A stretch of DNA of 64,000 nt from Patella caerulea (taxonomy: Eukaryota). The notes under the pieces are model-generated. The model saw only the letters and a list, made by a program, of their open reading frames with translations. It searched no databases and was not told the origin of the DNA. The translations under genes were made by a program, and so were the position numbers. Location of the stretch: NCBI GenBank assembly GCA_036850965.1, contig JAZGQO010000011.1:61815281-61879280 (forward strand). The letters run 5' to 3'. Below are positions 1 through 12,137 of the stretch, piece by piece. Position 1 is the first letter of the stretch. Each line of letters opens with the position of its first letter.

Positions 1-257
1 GTCATATGTAAACAATGCAAGCGAAATTGAGCCATTGATTGAAGCTGCATGATGTGACGGCATGTGTTAATGACAGACATCTTTAACAGAGATAATAGAA
101 GACTTTAGTAATCCTCTGTAAAACAGATTGAGCTGGAGTAGCTTCAACTAAAATGGGAAACTAATATATGGAGTTCAGATTCTGATGTCAACAAACAAAT
201 TCTTTGCAGAATATTATTTAAATGACATTCTCAAATTTGAAAATAAATTTATTCCAG

Positions 258-340
258 GAGTTTGAGAGTTGGCTTGTAGAAGAAACTGGACAACGACCAA
301 GTGAATTCTTTGTTCATGGACAGGAATTATTATTGATGAA
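258..340 (+). CDS. FBXO31: FBXO31-like internal exon (phase-0 start; encodes EFESWLVEETGQRPSEFFVHGQELLLMK), weak GAA|GTTTTT donor
   Basis: Acceptor ttattccag at 251-257. Open frame matches the [30 protein letters not shown] region of FBXO31 as I recall it. Phase links to the next exon through a split codon aa+a = K. Confidence 0.5.
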
Positions 341-639
341 GTTTTTAGTTACAACTCAATTAGGGTAAATAATATTGTTTGGCTTTAAACTAAAATAAAG
401 GCCTTCACCTATAGCAGCCAGTATATGAGAGTGATTTCCTTTTGGCGTCTCTCTCAGAGTAAACCAAAAATATCTGGACTTATCCGTCAAATGAAGTTCA
501 AAAATGATCTTGAAATGAGTTCTATCCGTCCATCTCATTCTTACTTTTGTCTTTATGTCTGTAGGGGTTTTGTTTCTGGAGCTATACTGTTTAAGATGTT
601 GTGTTTCCATGGAAACAAAATTTCACCTAGATTTTAGTG

Positions 640-770
640 TGAAAGGAAATGGGGTTTAACGTCTTACTGTTCTGCTCGAAATGGGCTAATGAAAACAGAC
701 GGCATACTCCATGATGAAAATTTTGCACCGGCAGCAGCGCTGCAGCCTACTCTTATATTTGAACTATTTG
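640..770 (-). mobile_element. SINE-B fragment (3' part) in the FBXO31 intron
   Basis: Contains gaaatggggtttaacgtcttactgttctgc...ctactcttatatt, as in other SINE-B copies. Confidence 0.6.
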
Positions 771-778
771 TATTTTAG

Positions 779-938
779 ATGTACATATGATTTGACGAGA
801 GTTCACCTGCCTCCACCTGAAGTTGATGTAGTGATTCAACCAGGTTTATTTAAAGGTAATTATGGTGGTCATGGTATAGAACTCATCATGTTAGAATATC
901 TACCCAATAAAACAGAAGCCCGTGGCAAGAAAATTACA
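779..938 (+). CDS. FBXO31: FBXO31-like exon (CTYDLTRVHLPPPEVDVVIQPGLFKGNYGGHGIELIMLEYLPNKTEARGKKIT)
   Basis: Acceptor tattttag at 771-778 and consensus donor ACA|GTAAGT at 939. Matches the [47 protein letters not shown] region of human FBXO31 as recalled. Confidence 0.8.
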
Positions 939-1064
939 GTAAGTATATACTTTTTTTAATCTACATTTTTTAAAATTATGTGATCTTCAATAAAAAAAGT
1001 TCTCCAGACAACTAAAATATAAAAAAAATTGACGCAGATGATTACTAAAACCATCTCTGTAAGG

Positions 1065-1435
1065 TATGGGTTCTGACCAGATGTTACTGATTGAGTAAGA
1101 CGTTGGCTCGCTAACCTTGGAGGTCCTGTGTTTGATCCCAGTGTTGGCCCAGAAAGTGCATCGGAAATTTTCAGCATGGTTCCCCCTTGTCAGTGGTGTT
1201 GGACAGAGGGCTGGCAAGGGACAATGTATAGTCAGCTGGATGGGATACAAAATCAAAGTCCTGTGTTCACATTGGTGTGCTTGTAAAATTAACCTTTAAA
1301 GTTGGAATTTGAAATAAGAGCACCCTGCATACCATATGCCCGTCTTCATTATCCCAGTTCGTGCAGAGAAGTAGGACAATGAAGCTCATTTCGTTTCATG
1401 ACGAGGAGTGTTTCGAGAATTTCTCACCAGCAGTT
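1065..1435 (+). mobile_element. SINE-B, near full length (tRNA-like head ...ggctcgctaaccttggaggtcctgtgtttgatccc; tail ...aagtaggacaatgaagctcatttcgtttca)
   Basis: Head, body and tail are shared with the copies at 12138, 14235 and 20762. Confidence 0.7.
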
Positions 1436-2259
1436 GGGGGGAAGCAAGGATGGCAATAAGTGAATAAGTGAATCTATTCCTAATTTAATTTAATGTCGTT
1501 CAACAAGCTATGGGTGTAACTTTATTTCATTGCCCCGATCATAGAGCTGTAAGCATTTCTCGATATAGTCATTTATCACGATATGGTATTTACAGACCCA
1601 AATACAATATCATGTGGCCAAAAATCGTCGATATAGTGGTTTATCGAATATGGCCTAAAACTTCAAATATCATCAAAAAAAAAATATCATAAAAATAGAT
1701 AATGAATACACTATCTAGCAGTGAGAATCTTTAATATATGTTGAAAACACTTGTGCAGTGCATGTCCGCAGCCGTTTTTCACTGCATCGTGTATATGTTA
1801 CTTTTACTTTGTTTTTAGTCGACAATAAATTGTCAGTTGTAACTACGAGTAAAGCTTAGGCCTACTAAATGCCTGAAAGTTCCTACTAACGCGGCTACTA
1901 ACCAGGCTATAAACAGGTTGTCATATTTTTAAAAAACAAATTTTAGAAAACTCTACGTAACTTAATTTCTGAAAGCAAGAATAAAACGATCTATAAATAG
2001 ATTACTGTCACTGTTAGGCCGGGAATACCGCAGCCAATAGAATACTTGAATGAAAGATAGTCCGGATCATTAATTTAGTGTTTGAACTTACTTGAAGACT
2101 GCATCTACTTATTTCCACTGCACATCATGATATTTGAGAATTTTCTTACAAAAGGTCATCACAAGCAGACGCTTTTTAAAAGTTTTATGTATTTTCATAA
2201 GTTAATTAAAAGTTTTATTGTTTTTTTTTATGTGAACTAATTATTTAATTTGTTTCCAG

Positions 2260-2483
2260 GGTGATCCAAATGTTCCAGCCAATAAAATTAGTTTATACAT
2301 TGACCTGACTCGACCAATGGTATTATCGATTGAACAGCAACGAACGATTGACCTTTTACAACAGATAGATATACCTGACCTCCCACCCGACACCTATCCC
2401 AATAATCTACAGCAACAGTCATTCCGTGTTCCTGATGATTGCTTTGAAAGATTTAATCGTACCCCAACAACTTGTATAGCCAG
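2260..2483 (+). CDS. FBXO31: FBXO31-like exon (GDPNVPANKISLYIDL...TPTTCIA-)
   Basis: Acceptor tttgtttccag and donor CAG|GTACGG. 224 nt with no stops. Begins GDPN, matching FBXO31 GDPNIPAGQQTVEIDL. Confidence 0.85.
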
Positions 2484-2639
2484 GTACGGGAAATAATTTT
2501 TCAAACTAAAATAGTCTTTTCATTGGTTAAAGTCTTAGTACAAATTTCAACTCTTAGCCAATGAAGACGCAACAATTTGTTGAAAATGCAGATCAATATT
2601 TCATTTCGTTTTTTTATACCTTTGATGGCCTCCACTATA

Positions 2640-2880
2640 TGGAGATCTGACCGGTTGTAGTGGAAGGTGGTGTCAGGTGGCATACAAGCAGTTTTTGACC
2701 TTATTGCATCAGACATTTGATCAACCAATTAGCATTCATGTGTCTAGTGGATTACACACAGTTCCATGTATCTCATGCCAAAAACTTGCCATAACAGGTA
2801 ACAGACCACTTCATTGGCTAATTCTTCACACCATCCAATATGGGTTATATAACAACTCTTCCAGATCCTGTTGTAGTAAA
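2640..2880 (+). repeat. Dispersed repeat family C (shared core ...tctagtgg-ttac-c-c-gttcc-tg-atc...aacagacc--ttcattggctaat...)
   Basis: Homologous segments at 22845-23015 (+) and 56125-56345 (-), with a fragment at 57525-57590. Confidence 0.5.
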
Positions 2881-3284
2881 TACAAGTGAAACAAAATTTT
2901 GAAAAAAAAAACAAAATGAAATAGGATCTGTTTTTTAATCAGATTGTAAAGGCGTATTTCCTCAATCATTTGAATAATATAACTGTAAATATTAAATGTA
3001 AATGGTACATGTAAAAGAATTCACTGTCACTGTTCCCTTGAATAAAGGGCATCGTGTGAGTCACAGAAGTAGTAAAAGGATCCCAAAATAATTCACAGCT
3101 ATAGTATTAGATTCTAGAAAAATCAAAATTTTCAAGCTGTTTTAATTTAGCAGTCCAAGTATCAAAAGGTTTAATAAGTTTAAAACATCATACAGTTGTG
3201 AAGCTTGTGAAATGCCAAAATTATTTTGATGATAGATTAGATACAACTTTAGGCCGCTAAGACTATAATCAAAGACAGTATTCT

Positions 3285-3430
3285 CAAGACAGTTGGGATT
3301 TGAAATGAGTGTTAGTTGTATTGCGGCTGTCCGGACAAAATTTCATTCATAGCACACTTCTTCATTAACCTTGTCTGTCAGTACAAAGCAGTAGGATGGT
3401 AAACCTCATTTTATTTCACGACAGCCTTAT
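3285..3430 (+). mobile_element. SINE-B 3' portion
   Basis: ...gcggctgtccggacaaaatttcattcatagcacac...cagtaggatggtaaacctcattttatttca. Confidence 0.6.
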
Positions 3431-3437
3431 ACTGTAC

Positions 3438-4468
3438 TAGAGCTGGGCGATATTTCGGTATTTCGATATAAAACTGTCACGGAAATAAAAACCGTGAAAA
3501 ATACCGTCTTCAGAAAAATATCGAAAAACCGAACATACCGCGATATATCACGGTTTTGATTTTTTTGGATATTTTACATAAATATTGAACAAAATGTTTT
3601 CTTTTTTATGTTATTTACGATATTTTATTGCTTAATGATGAAAAAATACTGCTATAAACTCCCGATTATTCATTCCACAAACTTTGCAAATGCCGATGCA
3701 GAGCTTTATTTACGTCACGTGACTTATCGTCCACCTTTCCACCAGTTAGAATTATCCCTGTTTCGGTTCAATTTTTACACATCGTGACGAATGGTGAACA
3801 CCGATACTTTGATTTTCGAAAGAAATCATTGATTTTAAGATTGAATTAAATTTTAATAAAGCAGAAATATAATGGCCATCGTGATCGGGGAAAAATATTT
3901 GACGAAAACAATGGGCGCTTTTTGACATTGTACTTATGTTTTATAGTTTAATTTAGTATCCCTGTATTGAATAATACATTTTCAAGAAGGTATAAGCTTA
4001 CTCTTGAATGGGAAAGAATGAGTTTGCAAGGGTAAACAAAGTCCACTCTTGCACGTAGCTATAAAAATATGCACCTCCGAAAGAACAAAAACTTTTTTAT
4101 GTTGTTTGGGCTTCCTTCATTCGAAATACATGTATTTTTTATTTGAATAAAATATTATAATTAATATTTTGAATATTAAAATTGTAATAAAAAAACAACT
4201 TTAGCAAGTTTTCATGGCTATAGATCTGTGTTTGAACCAGCTTGAATTAATGTTTTGTTAATTTTGAACTGTGTATTTTAAAAATAATATTGACTAGAAA
4301 TAATAATATTGAGGGGTATTTCCAACTTTTTATGCATGTTTATTTACATTTAAAAAGTGATAAACTGAAAGTATTGACCTTTTATAAGATATCGCGATAT
4401 AGTGATTATATCACGATATTTTTTGAAAATATCGCGATATCTGTTTCTAGGTATATCGCCCAGCTCTA
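3438..4468. mobile_element. non-autonomous hAT-like MITE, 1031 bp, 16-bp perfect TIR tagagctgggcgatat, 8-bp TSD tactgtac
   Basis: TIR at 3438-3453 and its reverse complement at 4453-4468. Direct repeat tactgtac at 3430-3437 and 4469-4476. TIR start TAGAG fits the hAT YARNG pattern. Internal atatcgcgatat/cacgatat subterminal repeats. Confidence 0.7.
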
Positions 4469-4493
4469 TACTGTACCATTTGTTTTCTTTCAG

Positions 4494-4650
4494 GTTCCAC
4501 GCTAATGGTCAGATTGCAGGACATGATTACAGTAACCCGTCACAAACTCCAGGCCATTGGGTGGTTTTTAATGAGAATACGTTCGGTTTTCTGTGGCTGG
4601 AACTCAAATCATTCAGTCTTTATTCTAGAGTAACAGAGGAATTTGATTGA
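4494..4650 (+). CDS. FBXO31: FBXO31-like terminal exon (R)[51 protein letters not shown]
   Basis: Acceptor gttttctttcag at 4482-4493; split codon ag+g keeps the frame; stop TGA at 4648-4650. Matches [46 protein letters not shown]. Confidence 0.85.
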
Positions 4651-4827
4651 CGATATATTTTATATTACATGTAGTTTATAATATCACTTTCTTCACATCA
4701 CCATGGTTACCATATGGTCCATATTCGCCAGTGGATCATTATTTTCTTTTGTAAAATGTAAAATGCTTTTGATTTAATTTGAAGTGATTAGATTATACAA
4801 TTGCGTCTGATATATAATTAGACTGTA

Positions 4828-4833
4828 ATTAAA
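4828..4833 (+). promoter_or_regulatory. candidate ATTAAA poly(A) signal about 180 nt after the FBXO31 stop
   Basis: First hexamer variant downstream of the stop, immediately before the SINE-A insertion. Confidence 0.2.
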
Positions 4834-4847
4834 ATTTGATGTGAATC

Positions 4848-5088
4848 TGGGGAATTGGATGGCTGAATGGTTAGAATGTGCGCGCTGTATCCTAAGGTCA
4901 ACTGGCGCGGTTTTGATTCCCCGGTTGTACGTGACAAGGAGTAGAGTCGCCTGTCCAGCCTCGTGGGTTTTCTCCAGGTCCTCCAGTTTCCTCCCACTCC
5001 TCTATGTGCAAGCAAATTATTGGAATAAAATTGAACCATATGTTAGTCCCAAACTGACCTAGTTTGTGTCGCTTGGACGTTAAACTCC
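4848..5088 (+). mobile_element. SINE-A (head type 1: ...gttgtacgtgacaaggagtagagtcgcctgtcc...; conserved 3' domain)
   Basis: tRNA-like head, then cgtgggttttctcc..gtttcctcccac, then the conserved tail aaattgaaccatatgttagtcccaaactgacctagtttgtgtcgcttggacgttaaactc. Confidence 0.75.
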
Positions 5089-5929
5089 ATTTCTCTTTTT
5101 GATATGAATCTGCAGTGATGTCGATATGTGTGAAATGTGGTTTAATGAATTGGGCATAAGCCATGCAGTTTGCCAGAAAGGGAAAGTAGTTATGACGTTC
5201 ATCCATAGTTGAAAATTCTTTTTTCAGCTCATTTCTTGCCACGCCTTCAACACTGAAATCTAACACCTGTTTTTATTTTTCCACACAATTATTTTGTTGG
5301 CATTTTCCTTGTTTTGTTTCAATTATATTTACTGGCTTTAGAATTTAAGTGTCTGTCAATTTATGCCATAAGATAAGAATATTTAATATTATGTTTTTAA
5401 AAACATTGTGATAATGTTAAAAAATGTGGTATTCTTTTGGTAAAATATATCTTTTTAACCCAAATTAAACAAAATCCATTGAAATTCGACTTACTGACAG
5501 AACTTGAAATGAAAAACCTGGCAGGGAAACTGAACCTATATACTAAACTAATCTACAAATTTATGGGACAAAATTAAGCCAATTGATCACATTTAGCCCT
5601 ATGATTTAATTTTTCTGTTCAGAAAATAATATTTCAGTTAGCTATATGGTTTGGGCTTGAATGATCTTGAAGAAATATATTTTTAAAGATTTAAAGTGTG
5701 CAGTTGCAAGAAAATTTTATTTTGTAAAATGTGTGAATGAAAAAACCCACTTGGCTGTTCAGATATTGATTCTAATCTTGTGATATGCTTGGATGCCATG
5801 GTGTTAATAGATGATTTGATGTTGCTATGGTTACAGCTAAATGTATTGGTGTCAATGTGTTTATTTATTTTGTAATGTAAAAAAATATTTTTCTAGTACA
5901 AGACTGAAAACTACCAGATTTACTGAAAC

Positions 5930-6700
5930 AGGATTTTCTTCACTAGATTTTTCATACTTTATAATTGGTTACTATAGAAACGGATTATGATTCATTTATT
6001 ATAGAGCAGGATTATAATGATTTAGTTACTATATATTGAAACTGGATTATAGAATTTAGATATTATAGAAACAGGATTATATGATTAGTAACTATAGAAA
6101 CATGATGGCTTGGTTTAGTTACTATAGCTATAGGATGGTATGATTTAGTAACTAAGAAACATGATGATTTGATTTGGTTACTATAGAAACGTAATGATTT
6201 AATGTAGTTACTATGGAATCTGGATGGTATAATATTATAGTTACTATAGAAACTTAATGATTTGAATTAATTACTATAGTAACAGGCTGGTATATGATGT
6301 ACTATAAAAACATGATTATATGATGTAGTTACTGTGTAACACTAATCATGTGGACTACCGTTTAGTTACTAGAAACATGATGATTTAATTTAGTTACTGT
6401 AGTAACATAATGGTATGGTTTAGTTACTATAGAAACTGGGCGGTATGATTTAGTTACTATAGAAACATGATTATATGATTTACTTATTATTGAACCATGT
6501 TTATTATGATTTAGAAATATGAAATAATTACTATTGAAACATGATGGCATGATTTTGTTACTATTGAAACATGATTATATGATATACCTACTATAGAAAC
6601 ATGATAATATGATTAAGTTACTATAGAAACAGGATTTAGTTACTACAGACATAGGATGGTACGATTTAGTTACTATAGAAACAGGATGGAATGTTTGGGT
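5930..6700. repeat. minisatellite, about 34-bp unit (tagttactatagaaacatgat-atgattt), about 22 copies
   Basis: Visible tandem periodicity with degenerate units. Confidence 0.7.
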
Positions 6701-7729
6701 TGTTATATTATTGATAATCTGTGATATGATTTATATGTTTTACTGATGACAAGATCTCCATTTTTAGGTCTTTCCTACTTTATAACACATTTATTTCTTG
6801 CTAGCATGAATTTCTTATTTTATTGTTCCTGTGTATGATAGTGATAAAACAGATTTGACGATAATGTGGATTCTTTTAAATGTTCTGCAATTTAAACTAG
6901 AGTAAATACTTAAAGAGTCCTTTTCAAAATCAGATGTCACAAATTTATATTTTTGGGACAACATTATGAAAAGTAGATTGTAAATCTCAGTAGAATGGTT
7001 TCGAATAAAAAAAAATTTGAATGATATCTCATTTCCAAAAGAACAGAACAACTTTATCACTGCGGTGAATTTAGTCATATGGACACAGGTCACCAATTAT
7101 TCCTACAATGTTGCCCAAGAAATTGCAGGTTTCAGTGGACATTCATCATTTTGTGGCTGAAGTATGCGATAGTTAACTGGTTGGTTAGGTTGAAATGTAG
7201 GACTGACAGTTGCGTTGTTTTTGTATGCTACTGCAAGTTTCCCATGCCTTTTAGAAAGAGGTTGCCACATGTTGCTCTATCTGTAGTAGAACCCCACAGA
7301 AAACTTTAAAACAATATTTAGTCGGTCTAAGAGACAAGAATTAACATTTTTACAGTTAGTGGGGAAATAATTGGTGATCTGTGGCCATACTTGGGATAGG
7401 ATGGTCTCCCTTCGTCAATTTTATGGAGTCAGACTACAAAAAAATCTTCTAATGATAAAATGTTTATTTACATATGTGGTTTACTTTAAGTGGAAGGCCA
7501 TTAGGTACGAAAACATTTCTATCGGACAAAATTAACCAATTAAGAATTTTAAATATTGTGCCCATCCATCCTCCATTCTGATATCCAACAGAGATAAATG
7601 GGTGTAAGACTGACACAGGAGGATCCCAGAAATGATAAACCATTTAGATTAAATGGGGTCTATTTGATTCCAGAATTGAGCTCTTTATTTTAGTGTATAT
7701 AGGCTACTAACCATGTGATATTTCCTTTA

Positions 7730-7925
7730 TATTGTAATAATATACTGTTTTGTATTAAATAATATACTATTTATACCAGTCTGTATAAAATAATATACTG
7801 TTTATACTGTTCTGTATTAAATAATATACTGTTTACACTAGTCTGTATTAAATAATATACTTTTATACTGTTCTGTATAAAATAATGTACTCTTTATACT
7901 GTTCTGTATAAAATAATATTATACT
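7730..7925. repeat. minisatellite, about 35-bp unit (ctgttctgtattaaataatatactgtttata), about 5.5 copies
   Basis: Direct tandem repetition. Confidence 0.65.
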
Positions 7926-8580
7926 GTTTATTAAAATCTGAATAAATTTAGTTGCATTTATCCAAGGACAATTTCTTTAATTGGGTGGGGATATGTATCT
8001 GGATGATACACAGGCTTAAAGTAACAGGCTGTATGGCACGTATTAGAAAAAAACGATATTTCGTTCGTTTTGAGAGATAAACATACTGTAGGTGTGTTCA
8101 ATGGGAGGAGGTGGAATTTTGCCTCGATAGCAGTGTTTCTGTCCCTTTTCCTTGATTTCCATCTGCTAGGGGTTCTTTTACGTCAACACTCAATTATAGC
8201 ATATTGCTGTATGTAATAAATAAACCATGCAGCTTACAATTGAATAGTGCAAACCCATCACTTGATCAGCACATCAAAGCAAACCAAAAGGAAAATCAAC
8301 TATGTCACACTGGGGCTGACGGCCCCCTGGATCCGCGCCTGAGAAAGACTCCCAGATGACAATGCTCCAAAGTAAATCAGTGCACACAAAACAGTAAGTT
8401 TTATTTAAAATAATTTATTCTCCATAAAAATAGAAAATACTCTAAATTATACCAATAATATATTTACATATTTATCATATATCACTAGTATATCGCTATA
8501 TTTACTATTATTCATACTAAACAATCACTCTTGTCATCCAAATAAACTTCAACAAAACAAATATTTAGTCTCAATATTAA

Positions 8581-8977
8581 AGATAAATTATGTGAAATCA
8601 GATGAATAGTTACCTGCTCTGGCTATAACAATTAAAAAAATAGAGAATGTAAATAGAATACGTTGAAAATTTCAGTCAAATTACAACACTCTGAACCGAG
8701 ATATTAGCTTTTGAATTTTAAGCCTAGCCTTGATCGACATTACTAAAGTTGGTACAATTATAGTCTCGATTATCCATTTTTGTATTTATTCATCAATGCA
8801 CATTGAGCAACAGATTGGATTCAAGTCCAATAAAAATCTGACACATAAGATGACATCGGTAGTTGATTATGGTTTGGATAAGTTAATTAAAGTCTAATTA
8901 ATAGTTTATACTGTATACAATTTCAAGCCTTAAGAAAGACCTGCAATAGGCAGATTTAACGCTTGCATAATGTATGT
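8581..8977 (+). mobile_element. TTAA-flanked MITE family (diverged copy)
   Basis: ttaa|agataaattatg... at 8577; internal gaaaatttcagtcaaatt and atagtctcgattatccattt; ends ...gcataatgtatg|tttaaa. Confidence 0.6.
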
Positions 8978-9004
8978 TTAAATAAATATTTTTAAGCTAC
9001 CTGC

Positions 9005-9190
9005 TGAAGTCGGATGGGGGTTGTATCATTAGGTCTGTCATGGAGTCAACTGGTGTGGTTTAGATTCACCAGCTGTATGTGACAAGGCGTAGAGTCACCT
9101 GTCCAACGTTTCAGGGTTTTTCAGGGTCCCCTGGTTTCCTCCCATTGCTACGAGCAAATTTGAAATAAAACTTGAACCATATGTAAGTCT
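9005..9190 (+). mobile_element. SINE-A (head type 1), slightly truncated tail
   Basis: ...gtcaactggtgtggtttagattcaccagctgtatgtgacaaggcgtagagtcacctgtcc...aaacttgaaccatatgtaagtc. Confidence 0.7.
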
Positions 9191-9707
9191 CATTTTTCTT
9201 TTCTACTATGTAGACAGAAAAGAGGTGGACGATCCTTGTACATTTTTTCTATTTATAACCACCAATCATTGCATCTTTATTTTTAGATCCTGTGACGTCA
9301 TGTCCATTATTCCTATATAAAGCCGTCGCAGGATCATTTAAATTATCACTTGAAAAAGGGTACTGCCACCCGAAACGTTGTTCTATTAAACAATCTTTAC
9401 TACCTACAGTCTATTTGTCTTGCTGTTGCTCGGGGATCTTTAAATTTATTTTTCTATTATGTCTGAAATTTATGAGTAGAATATTGCCTGAACAGTGGCA
9501 TTTCTGATAACCTTTAAAATCCATCAACACTATTGGTATTTAGTACAACTATATACAGATGGTACATAAATATATACACAGAATATACCATCCACATATT
9601 TGTATAATTTGCTTGATAAAGACGAGATATCCTCGTTGAAACATCACAGAAATATAAATTCATTAATTGTGCATCCACAAATATTGTACTTTGTGTTACG
9701 ATTGTGA

Positions 9708-10138
9708 TTATGTATCATTTTCTGTAGATACTTTAGAGTTATCTTCACTTGATCTTTGATTAATATTTTCATCACAACTTTCAATATTTTTTGTTTCACT
9801 ATTACTGGAAGAATCTGACTGCACCACAGAATCGCTTTTATTTAATAGGCTGGATTGTCGAGTATTATCGTCTGATTGGCTGCCATCTTGGGTATCATGA
9901 TTAATGTTGGAATTGGAACGATTGTCATTGGTTGTTATCACATGGTCCTCTTCAGTACTTCCTGTGTCGAATGTCGTACGATATGAACTGTCTTCTTGGT
10001 CGAATTTAATTTTTAAATTCTCTAAGTCCTCTTCTAATTTACCTTCATTGTTTCTGTAATCTTTTGTATAATCGTCTTCAAAAAACATCTCTTCTTCCTC
10101 CCCAAGCTCTGCTCCCTTATCCTCTGCGTCTGCTACTT
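9708..10138 (-). CDS. terminal exon 7 of the minus-strand gene: acidic Ser/Asn-rich tail (K)VADAEDKGAELGEEEEMFFEDDY...SEDNSKVSTENDT*
   Basis: Acceptor (minus strand) ctgtctgttttag|aa. 143 codons open to TAA at 9708. Phase 1 matches the exon 6 leftover nucleotide. Confidence 0.6.
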
Positions 10139-10854
10139 CTAAAACAGACAGAAAAAAATTAAAATATACATTAAAATAAATTAGCAAATTAACGATTTTA
10201 AATGATTTTCTAAGCAGAACAAAGATTTTGTAATAAAAAAACCCCAACAAAATTATTTAGCATCTTGTCAAAACCTATTTAAATTATTTGGAGACTAACA
10301 ATGTTTATATTTGTTCTATACCATCACCAGGGAAAAGACTTTTGCCCAAACAATGTTGTTTCTGCCTTTCCTTGAATTCCAATTGTCAAAGGATCATTTT
10401 TACACCTAATGTTTTTTCATTCGCTGTTGCAACAAAATTTTTAAGCCACTTTTGGGGGCTCCCATAAAGTGATATCACAAAAAAATTGACGTCCAAACCA
10501 GACTCGGTTTCTGACGAGACATTTAAAAATTCCAATATTGTCGATTAAAATCTTATCCATGCTCAAAATAGATATCAGGAAAAACTATAAATCTGACTTC
10601 ACATCAAACAATGAATCAATCTCAGCCACAAACCTGGTTTTATATCCGTTATGGGTGTGGTAGTCTGTGATGCAAGGAAATCATCTAAAGCTCCATCATC
10701 CTGCTCAATATTGATATCACTTAAACTACTAACTTTAGATATTTCTGGTAAACTTAATTCTAAAATATAATTAAATAAATTAGACCATATAAAACTCTGG
10801 TTCTTAGATAGTGCCCGGATGACTTAAAGATATATTCCTTTTATTTTCGGTGGT

Positions 10855-11105
10855 TGGGTGGCCAAATGATTAGCGTGCGTGTGCTGTATCATACGGCCTG
10901 CCATTGAGTCAACAGGCGTGGTTTCAAATACCCGATTGTGGTTGTACGTGGCAAGGAGTAGGGGTGCCTGTCAAACCTCCTGGGTTTTCTTCGGTACTCT
11001 GGCTTCATCCCATTGCTAAAGACCTCTACATACAAGTGAATAAGTGAAATAAAATTAAACCATATGTTAGTCCCGAAATGACCTAGTTTGTGTCAAGTGA
11101 AGGTT

Positions 11106-11146
<41 letters not shown>
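10855..11146 (+). mobile_element. SINE-A (head type 1) with (CT)19 tail at 11109-11146
   Basis: Head ...gtcaacaggcgtggtttcaaatacccgattgtggttgtacgtggcaaggagtagg...; conserved tail aaccatatgttagtcccgaaatgacctagtttgtgtcaagtgaaggttaaactc, then (CT)n. Confidence 0.75.
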
Positions 11147-11150
<4 letters not shown>

Positions 11151-11429
11151 GCCTTTCTCTCTCAACCCGATGTCAAAACTTAACAGTGTTTCTAAAACTA
11201 AACAGTAGCACAAACCGGCATTATTTGATGAATCTTGATGGTATTTAACACTTTCTGGACAGCAATCTATTAACTGAATATATGTATTAGATTCTTGATC
11301 GTAAGCTCAGTTTCTTTCCTTTTTTCATCAAATCTGAATGATACCCGTTCCCTAGTGAATTTTGAGGCACTTGGCACCATCTTTTTCAAGAGGCAAAAGT
11401 CCATAAAAAGTTATTTATTGTAATCTTAC

Positions 11430-11570
11430 TTTCAGTTCTGCCGTGTTGTTTATAAAATGATAAATCACTGGAAAAGGCCTCGTCAAATGCTTCGTGTCGT
11501 TCTTGTAATTTCTCATTGCGATTTTTCTCCAGTTCCTGCATTCTTCTAGCATGATTCCTGGCCAGTTCAA
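11430..11570 (-). CDS. exon 6 of the minus-strand gene (V)ELARNHARRMQELEKNRNEKLQERHEAFDEAFSSDLSFYKQHGRTE
   Basis: Acceptor tttatttcag|ttgaac and donor CTGAAA|GTAAGA. Two frames are open; the frame chosen is the one whose phases close with exons 5 and 7. Confidence 0.6.
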
Positions 11571-12137
11571 CTGAAATAAATAAAATGCATTCTAATTTAT
11601 CTTCAGTTTAAGAAGATCAAAGACTGTCCATGACATTGCAAATCATATGACTTGAATGATCCCTGAGATGGTAGATTGTGGTCACAAACAAACTTAACAG
11701 TGAGTTTCGTCATGTTGTGGTCATAAATGGTAGATTGTGGTCACAAACAAACGTTACAGCGAGCTTTGTCAAGATGCGGTCATGAACGGTAGATTGTGGT
11801 CATAAACTGTCTAGAAAAAGAGAAGGCAAACAGCACTGATGAATTCATGTGAACACTTATTTAACAGCATCAGAAGTATGAGAAACTACATGTCCATGTT
11901 GCACCTAAATTGTCTGCCTTGATTTATCGCTAGAGGACCTTATCTGCTGGAAACAGTCAGCCAGCCTCTGGGTTTAAGCAGCTAATCTAGATCTTTTACT
12001 GATGCTCTTGTGCTCTCCCCAAATAAATAGGATTATCCTAAGGTTCTTTGGAGCCAAGGCCATGATTCAAACCAAGGTTATTTTAGCTCAGACTCTACTG
12101 ATGGACAATCAATGTTTCCCTGTGTTATAGTGAAGAT

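Noticed and set aside
4290-4650. ORF-track entries 4290-4505 and 4402-4650 suggesting a longer last exon
   Set aside because: The upstream portion lies inside the hAT MITE (up to 4468) and its TSD. Only 4494-4650, after the acceptor, is in frame with the previous FBXO31 exon.
4848-4930. tRNA-like sequences that could be tRNA genes
   Set aside because: Each is fused to a SINE body and tail, and several have TSDs. They are SINE heads, not free-standing tRNA genes. No stand-alone cloverleaf with intact flanks was seen.
10139-10250. N-terminal extension of the 180-aa minus-strand ORF (MLGFFYYKIFVLLRKSFKIVNLL...)
   Set aside because: This is an AT-rich hydrophobic read-through of intron sequence upstream of the ttttag acceptor. 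The coding portion starts at 10138.
11430-11570. Alternative frame of exon 6 (LNWPGIMLEECRNWRKIAMRNYKNDTKHLTRPFPVIYHFINNTAELK)
   Set aside because: It is open, but it does not close phase with the exon 7 acceptor. The coiled-coil frame does.
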